NCBI GenBank assembly: GCA_028819005.1 | Contig: JAPPMP010000028.1 | Span: forward strand, 685-64,684 | Length of the DNA stretch: 64,000 bases | Source: Acidimicrobiaceae bacterium | GTDB lineage: Bacteria > Actinomycetota > Acidimicrobiia > Acidimicrobiales > Aldehydirespiratoraceae | Reading direction: 5' to 3' | Shown: positions 57,217-64,000 of the stretch, piece by piece | Numbering within the stretch: the stretch's first letter is position 1 | How the letters are laid out: each line of letters begins with the position of its first letter | The notes under the pieces: model-generated | The model's database searches: none | What the model saw: the letters and a program-made list of their open reading frames with translations, nothing else | Told to the model about the DNA's origin: nothing | Position numbers and translations under genes: made by a program

Positions 57217-57422
57217 TATCTGACTCCTGAAAGGTTGTCTTCACTATACATGCCCGCGCCTCCCCTTGTGGAGAAACGGCAGGCATGCGTCTCATACAGT
57301 GAGCGGGCCGACTAAGATCCGTTGACGGGAGTTGCCCTTGCCGCTACGGTCTGCCCACTACCCCTGTCGCTTCGGTGTCGGGGGTTTTGGTTTTTTGCTG
57401 CGTAAGCCTCACTCGGCGGATC

Positions 57423-57465
57423 AAGTCTAGTCTGATTGACTTGCAATGTCTATTAGATTGGACTT
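57423..57465. promoter_or_regulatory. Imperfect inverted repeat, probable hicAB operator
   Basis: AAGTCTAGTCTGATTGAC ... GTCTATTAGATTGGACTT (14 of 18 positions complementary) just upstream of hicA. Confidence 0.5.
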
Positions 57466-57470
57466 AACTG

Positions 57471-57677
57471 GTGGACAAACGGACTCTCATAAAACGGATC
57501 CGAGAGATCGCCAAAAAAGATGGCTTTGAACTGACCTTCGTGCGCGAGGGAGGCAATCACGAGATCTGGTCAATCCGCGGTCATCGACTGGTTATCCCCC
57601 GTCATCGCGAAATCAACGAATACACCGCTCAAGGCATCCTCAACATGGTCAAGGAGGTGACTAGAGATGAGCAGTGA
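57471..57677 (+). CDS. hicA: HicA-family toxin
   Basis: REGGNHEIW, IPRHREINEYTAQGIL. Confidence 0.9.
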   Translation: MDKRTLIKRIREIAKKDGFELTFVREGGNHEIWSIRGHRLVIPRHREINEYTAQGILNMVKEVTRDEQ

Positions 57678-58077
57678 ACAGGCTTACCAAGTTGAAGTGG
57701 TGCGATCCGGTGACTGTTGGGCCATCACAGTGCCAGAACTCGCCGGGGTTTTCTCCCAGGCCAAGCGCCTCGACCAAGTCGAATCCCAAGCACGCGAAGC
57801 GATCTCCATGATGCTCGACATCGACGAAACCGCCGTAGGACCCCTGAAAATCCATATCACACCCCCCGTGACAGCATCGGACCTGCTCGAAACCTTAAGG
57901 ACAAGCGTGACCGTGGCTGCCGAAGCCGAAGCTGAAGCTGCTCGAATACGCTTGGAGGCGGCTATGGCCCTCAGGGCAGAGGGTCTGCCGATGCGCGATG
58001 TCGGGCGTCTCATAGGAGTTTCCCATCAACGCGTCCATCAACTCCTCACCGGCCGAGGTGTGCGAGCCAGGTCTTGA
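57667..58077 (+). CDS. hicB: HicB-family antitoxin with C-terminal HTH
   Basis: WAITVPELAGVFSQA, AREAI, MRDVGRLIGVSHQRVHQL. Confidence 0.88.
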   Translation: MSSEQAYQVEVVRSGDCWAITVPELAGVFSQAKRLDQVESQAREAISMMLDIDETAVGPLKIHITPPVTASDLLETLRTSVTVAAEAEAEAARIRLEAAMALRAEGLPMRDVGRLIGVSHQRVHQLLTGRGVRARS

Positions 58078-58247
58078 CATCGCGGCGGGTCTTGAGCCAC
58101 ACGAATCGGCAGCGCGGGTTGTCGCCGCATTAGGTCGCGCACCCGCGACTCGTTCTCCGGGCAAGTACGCCATACCCAGCGGATGTACGCACGTGCAGCC
58201 CGAAGCCTTGTTCCTCGAAGGGGTCCGTCGGGAAGTAGGTTGTGGAC

Positions 58248-58685
58248 GTGAGAGCACTGGTTCAGCGGGTGAGAGAGGCACGAGTCCGAGTTTCCGGTGA
58301 GGTCGTTGGGGAGATCGGCGCCGGGTTGTGCTGCCTCGTTGGCGTGACCCACAGCGACAACCCACAAAGCGCCGCAAAGCTCGCCGGCAAACTCTGGCAC
58401 CTGCGAATATTCGCCGACGAGAACGGGCACATGAACCGATCTGTGGCCGACACGAGCGGGGAGGTCCTTGTGATCAGCCAGTTCACCCTCTACGGCGACA
58501 CCCGCAAGGGACGTCGCCCGTCTTTTGTGGCGGCCGCTGAACCCGATCATGCAGCCGAGTTGATCGACGGGCTCTCGGCTGAGCTGAGGCTTCTCGGCGC
58601 CACCGTGGCCACCGGATCGTTCGGGGCGATGATGGACGTCGAGTTGATCAACGACGGCCCGGTGACCCTGATGCTGGAGATCTGA
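58248..58685 (+). CDS. dtd: D-aminoacyl-tRNA deacylase
   Basis: RALVQRV, SQFTL, KGRRPSF, NDGPVT. Confidence 0.96.
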   Translation: MRALVQRVREARVRVSGEVVGEIGAGLCCLVGVTHSDNPQSAAKLAGKLWHLRIFADENGHMNRSVADTSGEVLVISQFTLYGDTRKGRRPSFVAAAEPDHAAELIDGLSAELRLLGATVATGSFGAMMDVELINDGPVTLMLEI

Positions 58686-58731
58686 CACATTGACCGGGCA
58701 ATCACGACAACCTCCACAACCTCCACGTCCG

Positions 58732-59310
58732 ATGGGGCGACTGCCAAGGGACTTCTTCGCTCGGGACTCGCTCGAGGTGGCCCCCGAGTTGTTGAACAAA
58801 GTGATCGTGTTCGGGAACTGCCGCGGCCGCCTGCTGGAGGTCGAGGCATACAAGGGTGCTGACGACCCCGGGAGCCACGGACGCCGGGGCATGACTCCCC
58901 GCAACGAGGTGATGTTCGGCCCCGCCGGTCGTCTCTACGTCTACTTCACCTACGGGATGCACTGGTGCGCCAACGTCGTGTGCGGTGCCGACGGCGAATG
59001 CAGCGCTGTGCTGCTGAGGGCCGTCACCCCGCTGGAGGGCCTGGCCGAGATGAGAACGCGCAGGCCCGCGGCCCGGCGCGACCGAGACCTGTGCAGCGGA
59101 CCAGCCAAGTTCACCTCGGCTTTCGGCATCGACGGCACACACAACGGCTCAGATCTGGCAACTGCGGATTCGGGCGTCGAATTGTTCGACGACGGAACCC
59201 CGCCTCCGCGAGACCCCGGCCGGTCCACCCGTATCGGGCTGAGCGCGGGGGCCGAATTGCCGTGGCGCTGGTACGTCCGCGGCTGCGATGACCTGTCGCG
59301 CCGAGGTTGA
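58732..59310 (+). CDS. mpg: 3-methyladenine DNA glycosylase (AAG/Mpg family)
   Basis: EVEAY, YVYFTYGMHWC, AVLLRA, SGPAK, RIGLS, PWRW. Confidence 0.93.
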   Translation: MGRLPRDFFARDSLEVAPELLNKVIVFGNCRGRLLEVEAYKGADDPGSHGRRGMTPRNEVMFGPAGRLYVYFTYGMHWCANVVCGADGECSAVLLRAVTPLEGLAEMRTRRPAARRDRDLCSGPAKFTSAFGIDGTHNGSDLATADSGVELFDDGTPPPRDPGRSTRIGLSAGAELPWRWYVRGCDDLSRRG

Positions 59311-59319
59311 GGCCAGCAA

Positions 59320-60162
59320 ATGAGAATCGGTTTCCCAATCCCGTCGAAAATGCTTGCTGCCCTGCTGGGGCTGTCACTCGTGCTCGGAGCCTGTGGCGAT
59401 GATGAAACGGTTGCGGAGGATCCCGCGGCGCCGGGGGTCTCGATCAGAGCGCCCCTCGACGTCGGAACGCCGCTCGACGGACGGTCATTCTGGTCGGTCT
59501 CTGTTCTTGAGAACGGCGCGGAACACCCTCTGTTCACCGGCACGCAGATTGTGCTGTCGTTCACCAACGGCATCATCGCAGCCTCCGCCGGATGCAACTT
59601 GATGAGCGGGTGGTATCAGATCAACGACAAGCAGTTGATCATAACGGAGCTGGCATCGACAGAAATCGGCTGCGATCCAGAGCGCCACGCACAAGACGAG
59701 TTCATAGCCGCCGCGCTCAACGCCGGACCGCAACTGACACTGAACGGCCACGATCTGACACTCGCCACTGACACCGTCCGAATCCAGTTGCTGAACACCA
59801 TGATCGCCGAGCCGGATCGTCCGATCTTGCAAACACGCTGGGTCGTCACTGGATTCATTCAAGGCGAAGTCTCCATAACCATGAGCGTGGAACCCGGGCG
59901 GGAAGGATGGATCGAGTTCAGTGAAGACTCGCAGCTGACCGGTTTCGACGGATGCGTCGATTTCAGTGCGCCTGCAACCCTCAGCGAAGGCGAGATCCAA
60001 TTCGGCGAGGTGACATCCGAGGACTGCGCCGAGCCTTCCTCCTACCGCGAGGCCTTCAATATGTTGTTCGAGACCGATAAAGCCGCATTCTCCATCAACG
60101 GCCCAAGGCTCACACTGCTCAACTCGCAGGACAACGGCGTGACCTTCATAGCAGACGAATAA
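59320..60162 (+). CDS. META-domain lipoprotein (two META repeats)
   Basis: Lipobox LGAC, ASAGCN...STEIGC, GFDGC. Confidence 0.8.
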   Translation: MRIGFPIPSKMLAALLGLSLVLGACGDDETVAEDPAAPGVSIRAPLDVGTPLDGRSFWSVSVLENGAEHPLFTGTQIVLSFTNGIIAASAGCNLMSGWYQINDKQLIITELASTEIGCDPERHAQDEFIAAALNAGPQLTLNGHDLTLATDTVRIQLLNTMIAEPDRPILQTRWVVTGFIQGEVSITMSVEPGREGWIEFSEDSQLTGFDGCVDFSAPATLSEGEIQFGEVTSEDCAEPSSYREAFNMLFETDKAAFSINGPRLTLLNSQDNGVTFIADE

Positions 60163-60203
60163 GTCGCGGAACCCGTGTCTAGGAATAAGTAACGTGTCGG
60201 GTA

Positions 60204-62921
60204 GTGACCGACACCCATCTACAGCAGATCGACACGGCGCTTCGCAACGACATCCGCCGACTCGGCGCCCAGCTCGGATCGGCGCTGGTGCGTCAACACG
60301 GCCCTGAACTGCTCGAGAAAGTCGAGCTCGTGCGCACGCACGCGAGCCGCCTGCACCGCAACGGCGAGTCGGGACTCGACCTCATCGATCACCTGACCGA
60401 CGTCGATCTCGTCGAGGCGATCCTGCTCGTGCGGGCGTTCACCGTCTATTTCCATCTGGCCAACACGGCCGAGCAGGTTCATCGAATCGAGCACCTCAAC
60501 GCCAACCCGCGGACAAGCAACAGGCGATTCGCCGAAACCGTCGCAAAACTTCAAGCCAGCGGGGTCGAAGACGCCGAGATCATCGAGACGACCTGTTCGC
60601 TGGACCTGCGACCGGTGTTCACAGCCCACCCGACCGAAGCCTCGCGAAGGTCGATACTCGACAAGCTCGCAGAGATCGCCGTTCTCATCGAGGAGCGCAA
60701 CGAATCCAGCGCCGGGCCGAGTGACAAGCAGCGCATCGACCGCCGAATCGATGAGCTGATCGACGTCATCTGGCAGACCGACGAATTGCGGCGGACTCAA
60801 CCCGATCCGGTCAACGAGGCACGCTCGATCCTCTATTTCCTCAACGAGATCACGACCGAAGGGGTTCCCGAACTCTTCGACGACATAGACGCTGTTCTGC
60901 GCAGCATCGGCGGAGCACTCAACGAGAACGCTCCGGTTCAATTCGGTTCGTGGGTCGGTGGCGACCGCGACGGAAACCCGAACGTCACCCCTGAGATCAC
61001 GCTTGAAGTGCTCGAGTTCCAACGAAGTCGGGCGCTGCGCATTCTGATCCGCGAAGTCGAACAGCTCTCCGCGGAGCTGTCCGTCAGCGACGTCGTCGCC
61101 GAGGTGTCCGAGGAGTTGCTCGGCCAGCTGGAAGCCGACCGCGAGGCGTTCCCCGCGGTGACGGCAAGATTCGACAAGCTCAGCGGTGGCGAGCCCTACC
61201 GGAGGCGCTGCGGCGTCATCCATCAGCGCCTCCGGGAAACGGCCTGCACTCCCCCCGACTCCAACGCCTACACGTCTCCGCAAGAACTGGAGGCGGACCT
61301 GGCGGTCATGGGCAGATCGCTTGCCTCGCACCGCGGCACGTTGTTGGCACAGGGCCGATTGGCGCGGCTGCGCCGGACCGTGGCGATGATCGGGTTTCAC
61401 CTGGCCAAACTCGACATTCGAGAGCACGCAGCCGTCCACCATCGTGCGCTCGACGAGCTGTTTGCAGCTCTCGGCGCCGAATACTCCACTCTGGACCGTT
61501 CCGCGCGCATCGAACTGCTGACCGCCGAGCTGAGCAGCCGCCGCCCGCTCGCGCCGCCAACAGGCGGGGCCGGCAGCGACTCGCTGTCGCTGCTTGCAGC
61601 CCTGCGCGATGCCATGGACCAGGCCGGCGACGAGATCATAGGCGTCTACATAGTTTCGATGACCCAAGGAGTCGACGACATCCTCGCTCCTGCTGTGCTG
61701 GCCCGCGACGTCGGGCTGGTCGATCTCGTCGCGGGCGTCGCTCGGCTCGGGTTCGTTCCGTTGTTCGAAACGATCAACGATCTTCGAAGCATCGGCGCCG
61801 TGCTGCGCGACCTGCTCAACAACCCGTCCTATCGACGGCTGTTGGAGTTGCGGGGAAACTCCCAGGAGGTGATGGTCGGCTATTCGGACTCCAACAAGGA
61901 CGGAGGAATCACGACCTCCCAATGGGAGATCCACAAGGCACTGCGTCAGATCGCTGAGGTGGCGTCGGAAACCGGAGTCAAGATCACCGTGTTCCACGGT
62001 CGGGGCGGAACCGTCGGGCGGGGCGGCGGCCCCACCAATGCCTCGATCCTGAGCCAACCCGCCGGAGTCGTCAACGGTGCGGTCAAGATCACCGAGCAGG
62101 GCGAGGTCATCGCCGACAAGTACGGACTGCCCGGGTTGGCCCAACGCAATCTCGACCTGGCCCTGTCCGCTGTTCTGGAAGCCTCGCTCGCGCACCGCAC
62201 TCCCCGCCATGAATGGTCCGAGACGCACAGTTGGAACACCGTCATGGAGCTCATGTCGCAACGAGCTCTCGAGTCCTACCGGGAGCTGCTCGAAACTCCC
62301 GGATTCATAGACTACTTCCAGAAGTCGACGCCTGTGGAGGAACTGGCCGACATGAACATCGGCTCGCGGCCAGCACGCCGCACCAGCACCGCAGCCGGAC
62401 TTGAAGGGCTCCGCGCCATCCCCTGGGTATTCGGCTGGACCCAGTCCCGCCAGATCATTCCGGGGTGGTTCGGGGTGGGCGCCGCTCTCGAAGCCGCCCG
62501 GTTGGCGGGGCACGAGGTTGAGCTCAAAGCGATGTACGACGACTGGCAGTTCTTCGCCGCGTTCATCTCCAACGTTGAGATGACCCTCGCCAAAACGGAC
62601 CTTGCGATCACCCGTTATTACGTCGACCGGCTCGTACCGCTGGAGCTGCATCACTTCTTCGACGACATCGCGGCCGAACACGACCGCACCGTCGCCGAGA
62701 TCGCCCGGATCACCGGCCGTGAACTGCTCTACGAACTGCCGATTCTGAAACGCACGCTGGCGGTGCGCGACGCCTATTTGGACCCGATCAACGTGCTGCA
62801 GGTCGAGTTGCTCGCCCGTTCCCGCGCCGGCGAGGACGACGGCCACGACTTGGCCCGTCTGCGCCGCGCTCTGTTGTTGACCGTCAACGGAGTAGCCGCC
62901 GGCCTCCGCAACACCGGCTGA
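60204..62921 (+). CDS. ppc: Phosphoenolpyruvate carboxylase
   Basis: VFTAHPTE, GGDRDGNP, VPLFET, VMVGYSDSNKDGG, FHGRGGTVGRGG, RAIPW, C-terminal LRNTG. Confidence 0.97.
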   Translation: MTDTHLQQIDTALRNDIRRLGAQLGSALVRQHGPELLEKVELVRTHASRLHRNGESGLDLIDHLTDVDLVEAILLVRAFTVYFHLANTAEQVHRIEHLNANPRTSNRRFAETVAKLQASGVEDAEIIETTCSLDLRPVFTAHPTEASRRSILDKLAEIAVLIEERNESSAGPSDKQRIDRRIDELIDVIWQTDELRRTQPDPVNEARSILYFLNEITTEGVPELFDDIDAVLRSIGGALNENAPVQFGSWVGGDRDGNPNVTPEITLEVLEFQRSRALRILIREVEQLSAELSVSDVVAEVSEELLGQLEADREAFPAVTARFDKLSGGEPYRRRCGVIHQRLRETACTPPDSNAYTSPQELEADLAVMGRSLASHRGTLLAQGRLARLRRTVAMIGFHLAKLDIREHAAVHHRALDELFAALGAEYSTLDRSARIELLTAELSSRRPLAPPTGGAGSDSLSLLAALRDAMDQAGDEIIGVYIVSMTQGVDDILAPAVLARDVGLVDLVAGVARLGFVPLFETINDLRSIGAVLRDLLNNPSYRRLLELRGNSQEVMVGYSDSNKDGGITTSQWEIHKALRQIAEVASETGVKITVFHGRGGTVGRGGGPTNASILSQPAGVVNGAVKITEQGEVIADKYGLPGLAQRNLDLALSAVLEASLAHRTPRHEWSETHSWNTVMELMSQRALESYRELLETPGFIDYFQKSTPVEELADMNIGSRPARRTSTAAGLEGLRAIPWVFGWTQSRQIIPGWFGVGAALEAARLAGHEVELKAMYDDWQFFAAFISNVEMTLAKTDLAITRYYVDRLVPLELHHFFDDIAAEHDRTVAEIARITGRELLYELPILKRTLAVRDAYLDPINVLQVELLARSRAGEDDGHDLARLRRALLLTVNGVAAGLRNTG

Positions 62922-62948
62922 TCCCAACCCGGCCGCGAGTCTGGGTCA

Positions 62949-63989
62949 TCAGAGCAAACGCAGACGATATCCGTCATTGATGAAGGGATTATCAGGGTTG
63001 TCGACGGCATAGCCACAGATGACGGCAGCTTCGTCTTTGCTATGTCCTTGAGCAAGCAGCGCTCGACCAATTTCACCGGCCAGACGCGCGCGTTCTGGCG
63101 CAAGTTCGTCGCTCAGGGGTTCTCGTGTGCGCCAACCGAGCGAACTGAACCGTTTATAGAAGTTGGTTCGCTCCCGGGGGGTGATGGCGCCCAATTCACG
63201 GGCCCGTTCAACAAGCGCCTGCATCGACACTCCCCACAAGCGTTTGAGGTCATGCAAGCGCCCCACAGTGAGGTTGCGCAACTGGGACCGAATAGTCTCT
63301 GCCGGCATCAGGAACTCGGCAGCGAAAGCCGTCGCGTCGGCTTCAACGTCATCGGGGACGCCTCGGCTGTGGAGGCATAGGTGCCCCAGCTCATGGGCCA
63401 AGGTCAATCGACGACGATCGGTCGGCGCGGAGAGGTTGAGCATCACGATTGGGTAAGTGCCACTCCATTGAGAGAGTCCGTCGACTCTGGACGTTCCGAA
63501 GTCCGTGTCGATGATCAGACAACCGGCAGATTCCATCCACCCTGCAAGATCTCTCACCGGACCGCTGGGCATACGCCACTGCATTCGCACGAGACGGGCG
63601 GCGGTAGCCGGTTCGTATTCGAACGGGTCGAGCCAAGGGATCGTCAATTCGGTTCGCAGGTCCAACTCGTCAAAAAGACGTTGTGCGTGGAGCCGGTGGA
63701 GATTCAGCTGGGCTTCAAGACGGCGCCACACGGTCGGCTTGGCTGTAGCCCGTCGTCGCATATGGGCTCCAACGGCGAGAGCCCCTTCCATACGGTCAGC
63801 CTGGCTCAAAAGTCCTGGCGCCACTCCGAGAGTCGCAGCGATTTGATCGAGGGCGTCATCAGTCGGAACTCGCAGTTCGTTCTCATACCGAGACAGGGCC
63901 GCCTGCGTTATTCCCAAGCGCTCAGCCAGCAATCCCTGTGTGAGACCACGGGCACGCCGGGCCGTAGCGATCGCCTCGCCCATCCCCAC
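62949..63989 (-). CDS. XRE-family HTH fused to an ImmA/IrrE-type metallopeptidase domain
   Basis: LTQGLLAERLGITQAALSRYE, RRLTLAHELGH (HExxH), EADATAFAAEFLMP. Confidence 0.9.
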   Translation of the reverse strand: MGMGEAIATARRARGLTQGLLAERLGITQAALSRYENELRVPTDDALDQIAATLGVAPGLLSQADRMEGALAVGAHMRRRATAKPTVWRRLEAQLNLHRLHAQRLFDELDLRTELTIPWLDPFEYEPATAARLVRMQWRMPSGPVRDLAGWMESAGCLIIDTDFGTSRVDGLSQWSGTYPIVMLNLSAPTDRRRLTLAHELGHLCLHSRGVPDDVEADATAFAAEFLMPAETIRSQLRNLTVGRLHDLKRLWGVSMQALVERARELGAITPRERTNFYKRFSSLGWRTREPLSDELAPERARLAGEIGRALLAQGHSKDEAAVICGYAVDNPDNPFINDGYRLRLL

Positions 63990-64000
63990 TATTCGCTTGC

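Noticed and set aside
60219-62927. 902-aa minus-strand ORF
   Set aside because: Antisense shadow of ppc caused by high-GC codon bias; no motifs. The same applies to 24157..25572, 843..1697, 38601..39569, 44218..45150 and similar ORFs.

Overview
GC-rich actinobacterial chromosomal DNA. Acidimicrobiia-like affiliation is an inference from the ACGDD-type lipoproteins, an F420-type LLM oxidoreductase and LigC. Housekeeping genes (tadA, lspA, tRNA-Ser(GGA), SRP RNA, dnaX, recR, mce, ligC, dtd, mpg, ppc) occupy mostly the right half. The best candidate for a new system is a tightly coupled 7-gene minus-strand operon (7585-18156). It joins an SspABCD-like DNA phosphorothioation module (cysteine desulfurase, DUF4007, large ATPase, PAPS-reductase-family protein) to an SF2 helicase, a MORC/GHKL ATPase and a PLD-family nuclease, instead of the known SspE or SspFGH effectors. 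Next to it is a large catabolic region of unknown substrate (two Rieske oxygenases, hydantoinase A/B, CoA ligase, BMP-type ABC transporter, methyltransferase, VOC proteins), linked to a GntR/FadR gene by a four-copy operator motif. The window also holds many toxin-antitoxin pairs, several gene remnants, a candidate small RNA convergent on an NYN gene, an orphan type I-E-like CRISPR repeat and dispersed or in-frame repeats. All calls come from motif recognition by eye; no database searches were run.
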